Positions 42,260 to 54,454 of a stretch of DNA of 64,000 nucleotides are shown here, piece by piece. This stretch comes from Salpingoeca rosetta (taxonomy: Eukaryota; Protista; Choanoflagellata), in the NCBI GenBank assembly GCA_033442325.1, contig JAWQFM010000025.1, forward strand, positions 486,638 through 550,637. The letters are read 5' to 3'. Position 1 is the first letter of the stretch, and each line of letters starts with the position of its first letter. A program made the translations under genes and the position numbers. The notes beneath the pieces were generated by a model. That model was not told the origin of the DNA. It made no database searches and saw nothing but the letters and a program-made list of their open reading frames with translations.

Positions 42260-44363
42260 GGGGCTGCTGCATGTGAGGGTGGTGCTGACTGCGCTCTTCG
42301 TCAACACCCCCAACAACATTACGGCCACGTCCTACACCAGCATCTTGGTCTCCGCTGTCCGGTGCAGCGCGCAAATCAAGCCGCTGAACAGCCCGCTGCC
42401 GTCCGTGCCGCAGCTGGGCAGAGGACACGCCAGCAGCACCAAGATCACCATCAACATCACCATCGTCATCATCATCATCATCACTGTCGCCGCCCCAATC
42501 ATCCCGACCACTGCGACGAACAGGCAACGCTGGCAGCTGACGTTGCTGTGGCTGGTGCTGGAAGCGGTCATCAGGGCACTGAAGCTGTGGTAGTGAATGG
42601 TGACCACGGGTGGGTCTCCTTACGTATCCATCACCACCGTCACCACCACCGTCTGCATCATCACCACCATGGTCATCCGTGCCATGGGCGGTGGCAGCTG
42701 CCGGCGTGGCCATGGAGGCGCCTGTGCGCAAGGCAGCGCGTCTCCCCGCCCGGCCCCGCAGCAGGTTGTGCTCGCGCACGAAGCCGCTGCCACCAGTACC
42801 ACCACCGCCACGCATCTCCACACCACTGCGAGGGGCAATGTTGGTGGTGGTGGTGGTGGTGGCGGTGGTGCTGCTGCTGGCACCTCGCCCTGTGGCAGCT
42901 CCTGCAAACACGCCACGAGCCGCCATGGGCTCGGCCTCCATCCCACCAGCATCTTCATCATCGTGCCCCAGATCGACGTGCTGCTGCTGCTCGTCATAGC
43001 CAAAGTCGTGGTCGTGGTCGAAGCTGTCCGTGGTGGTGCTGTCCCCACCGTCTCCAGCGCCGTGTTGTGGTGCAACTGCGTGTGCGTGGCGTGGAAGCAT
43101 GCCGGCATCACCACCACCACCGCGACCGCTGCTCCTGCTGCAGCCACCACCACCACCACCACGATGCCCACCAGCGTCAAGGGACGTGGCCGGGTGTTGC
43201 TGCTGCAGGGAGAGGTGGCTCTGCACCGTGCCGGCCTGTGTCGGAATCATCTCAATATCAGCGCCGCCACCACCACCGCCGCTACCACTACGGCTGATGG
43301 CACCTCCCCTCACGTCTGCATTGGACACGGACGACGTTTGCTGCAGACGTTGCTGCGCACCGAGCGGTTGTGCATCTCCCCGCTGCATCACCTGCGCTTG
43401 CTGTTGCTGCTGGTGCTGTTCAATGCCATACGAGTGGTGCATTGGTGCTGGCGTGACGTTGTGCGCCAACTCAGAGAGGCTAACATCATCATACGCATGC
43501 TGCTGCTGCTGCTGTCGTCGTTGTCGGTGCTGTGGTTGTTGGTGTTGAGGCTGCGGCTGAAATCGCGCCGTAGAAGCGTGGCGTTGTAATTGCTGCTGTT
43601 GTTGTTGTAATTGCTGCTGCTGCTGTTGTTGTTGTTGTAGTTGCTGCCGCTGTTGTTGTAGTTGTTGTGGCTGTGATGATTGGCGCAGTTCGGGCTGTGG
43701 CGGAATACAATGTGGCGGAAGCTGCTGAAATTGAGGAGCTACCTGCTGCATCATCTCTTGCGGCTGCATGGACTGCGGCTGTGGCTGTGGCTGCTGCTGC
43801 TGTTGTGGGGTTGCGGTGAACAACTGCGTGCGCGGGAACGCAGCCATATCTGAGCGGGATGCTGGTGACTCATCTGCGCTCAGCTTGCGGTAGTTGAGCC
43901 GCACCAGGTTGGCGCCAACAACGGGCAGCCTGTCCACGCACGCCATTACGCGGCAGCGCGTGCACTTGACCCGCGCGGGTGTGTTGTACGCAAACTGTTC
44001 GTCGGAGCAGTCCTCACGGCCGGTGCGGCACGCACGCGGGTTGAACCCTTTGAGCTGCTTCAGCGCGTGATGAAACGCAGCCATCACCTCCGTGTACGAG
44101 CGCAGCTTGTTCAGAGGCAGGGGGACGCCTTCCACAAGCATCTGTCGAATGGACGCCTTGATGTACTTGTACAGGATGCCGTAGCACGACTTGCAGTGGT
44201 CCTTGCCAAACTTGACCACGTCCTGGCACACCACACAGCGGTCCGCGCGACCATCCTGGGCATCATCACCAGCACCGCCGCTGCCGCTGCTGCCGCCCAT
44301 GTCATCGCCCAGATGCGCGCGTTTGTCCGCCACGCTTGTGGGCTGATGCCGTCGCTTGGACAT
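40413..44363 (-). CDS. PolyQ/low-complexity putative transcription factor with N-terminal nuclear-receptor-like C4 zinc-finger pair; no ligand-binding domain visible
   Basis: 1316-aa uninterrupted ORF with a basic N-terminus (MSKRR). Residues 43-142 read CVVCQD...FGKDHCKSC...CRTGREDC...RVKCTRCRVMAC. The rest is Q/H/G/S/D-rich. Confidence in the CDS is high; confidence in the family call is moderate. Confidence 0.8.
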
Positions 44364-45885
44364 GGGGAGAATGGGTGTGTGACGGGGCTGAGACGGAAGC
44401 GGGGGGGGGAAGCAGAGTTAACCAGACGTCTGCCCTTGATGTGGGAGGTGGGTGGTGGTGAACGGCGTGGAAGATGAGAGCGGCAGAGTGGCGTCAGCGC
44501 TTGGCGATGTTAGGAACCGATGGATGCAGAGCGTCGTGTGTGCGTGTGTGCGTTGAGTGATGGGGATGATGGGGATGATGGGGATGATGATTGCGCCCAC
44601 ACTATGTCATGGAATGCTGGCTGTCCAGTGGCGTTTTGTGCAATGGAATGCACAGTGACAAAGGGCGCGGTGCCGAGGTTGCTTGCTGTGCTTGTTGCTG
44701 CTTGCTGTGCTTGTTGCCGCTTGCTGTGCTTGCTGCTTCCTTTGAATGCCGGCAGACAGTGCGCAAGGGTTCCGAGGAGAAGGGAGCGGGGAGACTGGTA
44801 CAGTGTGGTATGCACACCTTGTCGAAGTCTCAAGGGCCTGTGTTGAGTGGAAGCGTCGAACACCGAAACAGAAAGAGAAACAGAAGCAGAGAGAGATGGT
44901 GAGTGTGAGAGACGTGCGACGCAAGAGGGTGTGTAGATGAACAGTAGGAGAAGAGGCAAATTAAGGGTGGGACGTATGGTTCAATTTGGGGGAGCGGAGA
45001 AATGCGTGCGAGTGGAAGGGTGCCATCACGAATACCTTTGCCACAGGCTTCTGTGCGGTGCGGCAGAAGACAAAAAAGGAGCGAGGCCAGGGTGCTTGGT
45101 CGCAAGCACGCCATTGTCCTTCTTGTTGCAAGCGAAGCAGAGTAAGCGCAGCAACGACGAGAGCAAGCGCAGCCTGCATGTACAGGAGCAAAAGGCGCTG
45201 CTACGGCAGTGGCATGGGACTGTGTTGGCGATGCCGCGCACTCCCTGCGAAATTTTCAAGCGAGACGGTCAGGACAAGCGCTGGCGTGTCTCGCCTGTGC
45301 TTCGCTGTTGACGAGGTGCGCACTGTCCTCATCGTCAGTGTTGGTGCAGATTTGCATCGCTTATGGAGGATTGATGGAAACTGTCAACAAGAACCGTGTG
45401 GACCCAAAACCGCTGACACTCTGCTGTAAAACTGCTGACGCGATTCCACGTGGGTGCCGATAATTGCGCGTAATTTCCACGATTTGTCGAAACAACAAAC
45501 CTGAAGCAAGAAGAAACGCAGCAAGCAAGCAAGGGAAAAGAGAAGCCACGACAAACAAACCTTTTCTCTTCCACAAACCCGCAAGCACGCCACGCGACTG
45601 ACGACCACCACCGCTTACGCGAGCACCTTGACTGTCGATTGAACGCATCCATCTCTTTGTTTCTCTCGCTCGCGTGCTCTCCCTGCTCTTGTTGCATTTG
45701 GAAGCTCCACTCTGCCTTGAGTGTCCCTTGTGCTTGTTGCCGTCTTGTGCAACGTTTTGCGACACCGTTATTGTCTGTGGAACAACCACCCACGGCCCGA
45801 CCGTTCAGCATTCTTGTCTCCACGCCAACGCGTAAGCGCCACAGAACACCGAGCTGTTCTGGAAAACGAAGGAGAAACCACGTTT

Positions 45886-45969
45886 ATGCCGGTTCTCATA
45901 GCCTCGCCATCCCCCACCCAAGTCGCCTTTGTGCCTATGATTCCCCAACGTCCTAACATCTCGTCCTAA
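45886..45969 (+). promoter_or_regulatory. Candidate poor-context uORF (27 codons) upstream of eIF5
   Basis: tttATGc at 45886 and in-frame cctATGa at 45937, with stop TAA at 45967-45969. The main ATG at 46082 is in strong gccaccATG context. It is a uORF only if the TSS lies upstream. Confidence 0.45.
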
Positions 45970-46081
45970 TCCCCACCCCTCCAAGACACCATCGCCACCC
46001 CTTTCATTGTTCCTTCCACGTTTCTCCCTCTTTTTCCTTCTTCTTTGCATCCTTCCTTCTCTTTTTGAGTCAACTGCCACC

Positions 46082-46248
46082 ATGACTGCTGTTCTCAACG
46101 TGAACCGGTACGTGCTTTTGTGTGTGTGTGCGTGTGTGCGTGTGTGTTTGTGATTGTTTGTTGCACGTACGCATGTTCTATGACTTTTTCTGTCGACTCG
46201 TTCATGCTTTCCGTCCCTCTCTCACTCACACTCACCACACACGCACAC

Positions 46249-46283
<35 letters not shown>

Positions 46284-47267
46284 TCACACACACACACACT
46301 CACACACTCACACACTCACACTCACATCACACACACACACACTCACACGCACACCACACACACACTCCCCTCGCGCCTTACTTCCTCTCAGGTCTATTGA
46401 TGACCCTTTCTACCGCTACAAGATGCCTGCCGTGATTGCCAAGGTTGAAGGCAAGGGCAATGGCATCAAGACCGTCATCCCCAACATGAGCGAAATTGCC
46501 AAGGCGCTCGACCGCCCACCTTCCTGTACGTCAAGTTGTTGGTCGCATGTGTGTGTATGCATGTGCGTGAGTGTGTGCCTGTATGTATCTGATTTTGGTT
46601 GTGTGTTCACCCTGTGGTGTTCCTGGCAGTGCTGTCGTGATGGTTTGTCTTTCACCTGTGCTGAAACTCACCTGCGTCTTCGACGCCTTGCGCCCCCCCC
46701 CCCTCTTTCTTCAACTTCGTTTTCTCGTCTCCCCCTTTTTCCATCTTCAACTTGCTTGCAGACCCGACCAAGTACTTTGGCATTGAGCTTGGCGCGCAGA
46801 CCAAGATGGACGAGAAGAACGACCGCTACATTGTCAACGGCGCGCACACGGCAGATGACCTGCAAAACACGCTCGACGGGTTTATCCAGAAGTTTGTGCT
46901 GTGTCCCAGCTGCGACAACCCGGAGACAGAGCTGCGTGTGTCGAAGAAGACAATCAAGCAGAAGTGCGCCGCATGCGGCTACTCTGGCCAGCTCAAGCAC
47001 GCCGGGCACCGCCTTTACAACTTCATCATCAACCACCCGCCCAAGACATCCGCCGTCAAGTAAGCCTGCCCCTGCAGCTGTGTGTGTGTGTGTCTGCGCG
47101 TCTGCGCGTCTGTGCGTCTGTGCGTCTGTGTGTGTGTGTGTGTGTGTTTGCTTTGTGTTTTGGGGGAGGGGGTGGAGTGTGTTGTTGGCTTGTTTCGTCG
47201 TGTCGTTGCACTCTTTGATTGTGTGGATCCGCATCTTTGTTGGTGGCTCGCTCGCACATTGACACCC

Positions 47268-47332
<65 letters not shown>

Positions 47333-48805
47333 TACAAACAACAGGAAGGCGAAGGCTGCAAAGAAGGCGAGCGAGGGCGAGAAGAAGGCCAGCAACGGGG
47401 ACGGCAAAGCGAAGCCTGCGGCCAAGGCAGACGACGACGACGCCGCGTTTGCCGGTGACATTGAGGCGCCCGAGCTCGACACAGAGCGCAACGACGATGA
47501 CGAGGAGTGGACGGAGGACACAAGCGCAGAGGCGGTGCGCCGGCGCGAGGAGAGCCAGCTGACGGGCGCCGTGTCCAAGCTCATGGCCTCTGCCGACGCC
47601 GACCTGCCCATGGACGAGCGCGTAAACCTGTTCCACGCGTTTTTGAAGGAGCGGGTTGACCAGGAGCCGTTTCCAACCAAGGAGGTGATTGACAAGGCGC
47701 TCGTGCTGGACGTGCTTGATGCCGCCGGCGTGGTGCTCGTGGAGGTCCTGCTCGAGGGCTCGAACATTCTCGCCCTCCTCAAGAAGTACGTCACATGCAG
47801 CGGAGACGGTGGTGGTGGCGAGCGATTTGGTGTGTGTGTACGTGTGTTGCATTTGATTGTGTGATGTTGGCGTTGTGTTTTGGGGCTATGTGCACATGCG
47901 CATGTAATCCACTCGCCTTGGTGGCGTGCATCACATCACGTCACATCACATCACATCACAACTTGTCTGCTTCTTGTTTGTGTTTGTGCACATTTTCTCA
48001 CGCGTATTCCTGTCCGCGTGTCTCCTTTTTTTTTTTTTTTCCGGCCAGGTATCAGGCTGTGCTGCAGCACTTTTGCCTGGACCGCCCAAAGGTGCAGCGC
48101 CGCCTCCTCAACGGCATTGAGATCAAGGTCAAGGCCGGCGACATTAGCATCAAGCAGGTGCGCCCAATGCAACTGCAGTGGGATTGGGAATGCGTTGCAT
48201 GTACGGGGTTGGGGTTTGTGTGTGTGTGTCTGTGTGTGCGTGCGTGTTTATGTGTGTGCGCGCGTGTATGTGTCTGTGTGTGCGTGCGTGTTTATGTGTG
48301 TGCGTGTGCGTGCGTGCGTGTGTGTGTGTGTGTGTGTGCGTCGCAATGTTTGTGCAATTTGTTTTACCAGTCGCTGCAATGCTTCCGTGAACGCACTCAA
48401 ACAGCCAAATGCACATCAAGCCTCACCCCTTTTCTCGCCGTTACCCCCTCCATACACGTGACCGCGTTGCTGCTGCTGCTGCAGATGCCGACGGTGCTGA
48501 ATGCGCTGTACCAGCTGGACATCATTGATGAGGAGAGCTTTTTTGGCTGGCACAAGAAGGTCTCAAAGCGTTATGTGGACAAGGCGCTCTCTGCTGACAT
48601 TCGCAAGCACGCGCAGCCGTTCATCGACTGGCTGCAGGAGGCGGATGAGGAGGAATCTGACTCGGACGAGGAGGAGGACGGTGGTGCCTCTGCTGCCGAC
48701 GACGACGACGATGTTGTGACGTTTGCTGCCACGGCCGACGCCGCCAACCCACCCGCCAAGGAGGAGGAGGAGGAGGACGACGATATTGACATTGACGCCA
48801 TCTGA
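46082..48805 (+). CDS. EIF5: Eukaryotic translation initiation factor 5
   Basis: Exons read [59 protein letters not shown] and [12 protein letters not shown]...CAACG (zinc finger), followed by [13 protein letters not shown] and the W2 domain [10 protein letters not shown]...W...[16 protein letters not shown]. Confidence 0.97.
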
Positions 48806-49596
48806 GCCAACGTTGGGCATTTGCTGCTGCTTCTGCCGCTCTCTTCTGTTGCTCTCTGTTGTTCTCTGTGCACGTGCGAATGTGACGGCGACTTTTGCAT
48901 GTCTTGCTCGCACTTGCTGCGCAGATGTTGTTGTTGTTGTTTTCTTTGTTCTGTGAGTTTTTGTGCGGTCCATTTCCCTACCTGTACGTGCACGGCATGA
49001 ATGCGTGCATGAATGTGTGTGTGTGTGTGTGTGTGTGTTTCTGTTCGCATACCGTGTGTACCCCTAACATGCTCTGTGCCACGAATGGCTGCACTGGTTG
49101 GTTTGTTCCGCTGCATGTTGGAGCGTTTGCGTCTCATGCGTCTGTCATGCTGTTCTTGTTTGATCAAATACACGTTGAAAGCACAACTCGCACGCTTCAG
49201 CGCACGCACAATAAGCATGGCACGGGGGGGGGGATAGGCAGGAGCAAACACGAGCGATCAAGCAAGGTGCGAGGCGAAGCAAGTAAGACATGGTGGTGGT
49301 TGATGATGTGGGCTGTTTTTCTGTGCTCTGTGGCATACACGCGCATGGGTCGAGAGTGAAGTGGGATGACGTGTGGGGCCGATTACAAATGGAGGGTTGG
49401 AGGCGGTCATCAATGACATGACCCTATTTCTAAAAGAGGGAGGGGAGTGGTGTGTGGGAGAGGAGTGGGGATGAGACGACATCAGGACAGCATGCAGGGA
49501 AAACCAAACCAAAACCAATTGAGTCAGGCCAATCTACAAGAGCGTGACAAGAGAAAAGTTTAGTTCACGCAACACTACACTACACACACACACACA

Positions 49597-49648
<52 letters not shown>

Positions 49649-49663
49649 GAGAAGCAGCCACGT

Positions 49664-50023
49664 ACTCTATCGTTGCCGACGTCAATGTGGGGTCTGTAGG
49701 TGAGCATGAGCTGGCTTGGCTTCCGCCAGCGGGTGCGCAGTACATATTCAATGGTGTATTCTTTGCCAAGTGCCTCCCCACGGCACAGCACGTCAACCTG
49801 GGAGAAGTGGTTGGGGGTGAAGCCCGATGTTGTCGTCGCTCACACATGTGCACACTGTCTCCCCTTTGCCCACTTGTCCCGAGGAGGGGAAGGGCATGTA
49901 GGGAACCGAGCGGAAATACGAACCACATGTGTATGCGAAGAGGAAGAACAAGACACAGGCTCAGAGGCACTGACACTGACACAAAGGCGCTGACGAAGAC
50001 CCGCACACACGCACGCACACACG

Positions 50024-50094
<71 letters not shown>

Positions 50095-52118
50095 ACACAC
50101 AGACAGACACACGCACGCGCGCACCTCTTCTGCGCCGGCGAGTTTGAGGCGGTGGGCAAGGAACTTCTTCAGGTGCATGATTGTCGCCTTGGCCGACGTG
50201 CGCACAAACGGCCGCTCAAGCTTTTATATGTGTATGTGTATGAGAGAGAGAGTGTGTGTGTGTGTGCGTAGCATTGTGTGCATTCATGTGTGTACATTGA
50301 CAAGGCACGTGTTGTTGCAGCGGCTGGCACGTCTCACCTTCTCCTTGGCGCCGTGGTTGCGCGGCGTCATCTTCTCAATGTCTTCACTGCAAAACCGTGC
50401 ACGACCACACAGACACACACACACACACATACACACGCAGGAACACGCATGTGTTTCAGTGTGCATGATCACAGATGCATGTGTGTCTGTGTGTTGTGTT
50501 CATGCCCATGTGTGCACGTGTGTGTTTTTATCCATGTGTGTGTGTGTTTATCCATGTGTGTGTGTGTTCTTATCCATATGTCCATGTGTGCGTACCTGAG
50601 TTCTTCGGGTTCGAGCATGAACGAGACCTGCAGTTCGGGGTTCTTCTTCAGCCGTGCCTCCGCCTGGTGTACCCACAACCCGTGTGGTACGCGGTGTGTC
50701 ATATCAATGGCAATGATGACGGCGAAAATGGTGGTGGGAGGAGGTGTGTTGTGAAGGCGGCGGTGGCAGTCGCGGGTGTGGTCGTAGTAGTCATTGTGGT
50801 GGTGTGGCGACGTCGTGGTGGTGGTGGGGCGCACAGTGCATGAAGCGAGACGCAGAAGCAACTGGGAGCAAACACGTGTGCACACAACGCGTGTGCCAGG
50901 GTGAACAGGCACGCAATTAACTTCAACACATGCCAGTGAACCAGAAACAAATAAACGAACCTCCTTCCTTGCTTCCTCGTCGTCTGCATCATGGCAACAC
51001 AAGAGCGAGAAATCACGTGGGTGGTGGTGCGTGGTGGTGCGTGGTTGAAAGAACAAGTATATGCTTCAAACGATTCCAGCCCAGCCGCGGACACAGCCGG
51101 ACAGCCAAATACGCGCAGTAATGACGTCGAGACACGTGCACTGAAAGCCAAACACAAAGGCGCTCAGCTGTCATTTATCTCGACAGCATCAGCACCACCA
51201 CCACAGTAGCGTGGTCTTACCTGTCTCGTGCGCGCTGTTGCTTTCGTCATCACCGGCAGCGGTATCGTGTGTCGGTGACGGGAGCTCTTCGCCATTGAGC
51301 TCGGCCTCAAACACACGCCGCCGATGCGTCTCATCTGCGCACACACACATGAACATGGATGAGCATGTGTGAGCGTGCGCGCATGAATGTATGTGTTGAT
51401 ATGGGCGAGCATGCACACATGAACAAGCACATGCATGCACACACTCAAAAACACATACACACGCACACACACACATACATATGCACACACGCACACATGT
51501 ACATACCTTCAAGGAGGCCTGGCACAAGCTTGTACACAATCGTCTGCATGGTACGGTCTTGCCTGCAGGCAACAGTCAGTCGCACGCAAACCAGAACAGA
51601 TGCAAATGCACGAGCGAGACAAAACAATGCGTTTTGTCCGTGTGTGAGGTGCATTCGCAAGGGGCATCTCACAAGCGCATCACAACAGCATCAACCTGAG
51701 AAAGGAAAACCAGAGAGAACAAGAAGCGAACAAGCGCAAAGTGTCGCACCTGAGCGTGTCGTGTGGGTTGATCTCGTGTGCGAGGGTGCCGCAGACGGGG
51801 CAGGAGTTGTTGCTCTCAAAAAAGTTGACAATGCACGACTTGCAGACTGCCATGTGTGTGTGTGTGTGTATGTGTGTGTGTGTGTGTGTGTGTATGTGTG
51901 TGTGTTTGGAGGGGGCGCAGCGTGAGGTGGACTGATTGATGACGCAAGTGACCAAGCGGGATCAAGAAGCGTATGGGAATGGAAGAAAAGCATGCAGACA
52001 CAAAAACAGACAGACAGCCGGACAGAAAGACACAAACTTGCACAAACAGTCACAGACAAACGCACAGACACACTCAGACACAAACACAGACACACACACA
52101 CAGACACACAGACAGACA

Positions 52119-52154
<36 letters not shown>

Positions 52155-52185
52155 GACAGACAGACAGACACACGCACACACACAC

Positions 52186-52216
<31 letters not shown>

Positions 52217-52505
52217 CACGCACACACACATTCTCTCTCTCTCTCTCTCTCTTCCGAGCTGGGCGCATGCCGCCATGTGTGCTGCACGTACATGTGTGGA
52301 GGCATTCAGAGAGGGTGGTGGCGTCGATGAGGTAGCCGTCGCAGAGGCGGCACATGAGATACGGGTTGAGCCGCTCAAGGTTGTAGCGCATCTGGGGACG
52401 ACGGGGGAGGTGGCCGTTGCACGTTGGCACCGTGAAAGGGGGTGGGAAGGTTTGGGAGATAGCGGTGTGGTGTCACGGATTGGCAGAGTCGACAAAAATG
52501 CACGT

Positions 52506-52586
<81 letters not shown>

Positions 52587-53513
52587 AGCACAGCCACACA
52601 TGAACACCCAGCCCCCTTCCAAACACACAACCACACACACACACATTTACACACAACCACACACATGCACATTTACACATCCAGACATGCCCGTACCGTT
52701 TGGCCGCTGATGGGAGTTCACGGGTTTGGCCGTGTCGTGTAAGCAAGCAAAGTCACAACCCCGGGAAACAGCGTCAGCACACGTGCAACACAAAACGAAG
52801 GTAGTGGCAGCACCCGCAACTGCACCTCATTCGCTTCAACCCCCACGCAACCCCTGAACAAGCACACACAGGTACCATGCAACCACCATCAGCACCACCC
52901 CCACCACTACCATCACTATTCTCATCACCATCATCACCTACTGCTGTCGCACCTGATGACGGTGGCGGTGGGATCGTCTTCTTCGCTGCTTGAACCGCTG
53001 CCGCTCTCGTCATCACTGCTGCCGTCGCCACTGCCGTCGCCACTTCCTTCATCGCCATCATCGTCATCATCACCCTCATCGTCACCGTCAGCATTATCAT
53101 CATCATCATCATCATCGCCACTGTTGTTTCCATCGCCCTCACGCTCGTTGCCACCATCCTCAACACCACCACGATCACCATTATCATCGTTACTGTCATC
53201 ACCATCAGCGCCTGGGTCATTGTTGCTGTTGTTGGTGGTGATTGCGGCGCCAGGTGCCGTGGCGCCGGCGTCATGCGCGTGCTGTGATGCTGTGTCAACG
53301 TCTCCTCCCACATGTTCTTCTCCCTTTTCCTGGCTAATGGCATTTCCTTCGTCATCGCGGGTGGTATCCATGGCAGCCTTTGCGCGCTTGCTTGGCGATG
53401 ATGCGGCACTGCCGCTGCTGCGCTTGCCCTCGCGGGCTGTGTCGGTCTTTGTGGCGCCGCTGGGGTCAATTGCCACCAGTGACACCTTGTCTTGATCCTC
53501 CTCTTCATCATCA

Positions 53514-53545
<32 letters not shown>

Positions 53546-53911
53546 TTGATCGTCTTGATCGAGGTTGTGGTTGTCATTGTCTTCGTCATCGTCTCCATTG
53601 TTGTCGTCGTTTGCGCCGCCACCACCACCGCCACTTGGGCTGTTGTCGTTGTGGTCGTGCTCGTCGCCCTGTCCTCCACTTCTGTCGTTCGAATAGTGCT
53701 GATCATCACCGTCAGATCCGTCATCGTGCGAGGATGAGTTGTTGCCGGTGCTGTGGGCGCCATGGTTGCTGTCACCAGCAGCCGTTACTGTGTGCGTGGT
53801 GAACGTGGGTGACAGCATATCGAGTGTCGACACGGCGTTCCAGGTGTCCACCGGGGCACGCACCGCATCAGGGAAGGCGAAAGCCGCCTGCGGCATCACC
53901 ACGGTTCCCAT
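49664..53911 (-). CDS. PCGF: Polycomb group RING finger protein (PCGF3/5-like; C3HC4 RING + RAWUL) with long acidic N-terminal extension; exact 3' end uncertain
   Basis: Spliced RING reads [33 protein letters not shown]...CPVC...P...[23 protein letters not shown] reads [18 protein letters not shown]...[15 protein letters not shown]...TRWRK...LTYRP. The acidic exon 53911-52953 links in frame through a 10-nt exon (inferred). Confidence 0.9.
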
Positions 53912-54366
53912 TTTGCTATCTTCTACACGCACGCAGCCACGCTGGTTGTGAGTGAATGAACAAGTGTGGTGGAAAAAATGGCGCGCATGGGTTGTGTTTG
54001 TCATTGGGGGTGGGGTTGATATGGGTCATGTCATTGTGCGCCACAAAGACAACAAGCCAAACAATCAACCAGATTGCACACGACAGCAGCACTCACAGAA
54101 AGTAACATGCACCTAACTCCACATCATATGTCAAGTACTCACCCCACTTTGTGCTTGCTTGGTGGGGGGTGGTGGTGTGTGTTGTGTGGTGTTGGTTGTC
54201 TCTTTTGGTGGCTTTGGCTGCACGCGTCGTTTTGTTCGCTCTTTTTGCTGCTTGCCTCGAATTTCAGATATTTGGCCATATTTCCATCCACTTTTCTACA
54301 AGTGGGGGTGTTTGCATCAGTGGAGCGAACCAGCAAGCAAGCGAAGCACACACACACCCACACACC

Positions 54367-54401
<35 letters not shown>

Positions 54402-54410
54402 GACACACAC

Positions 54411-54451
<41 letters not shown>

Positions 54452-54454
54452 CAC

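Noticed and set aside
41243-43710. Long antisense and alternative-frame ORFs (poly-L, poly-V, poly-C, poly-N)
   Set aside because: They are shadows of the CAA/CAG polyQ coding strand.
40413-43900. Full nuclear receptor with ligand-binding domain
   Set aside because: No ~200-aa helical, hydrophobic region is present. The sequence is low-complexity throughout.
43938-44237. Cys cluster as GAL4 Zn2Cys6, GATA, RING, PHD or LIM finger
   Set aside because: Spacing fits none of them: no C-x2-C-x6-C, no C-x2-C-x17-18-C-x2-C with W, and no His ligand in the RING/PHD/LIM position. The NR pattern explains all nine Cys plus several other residues.
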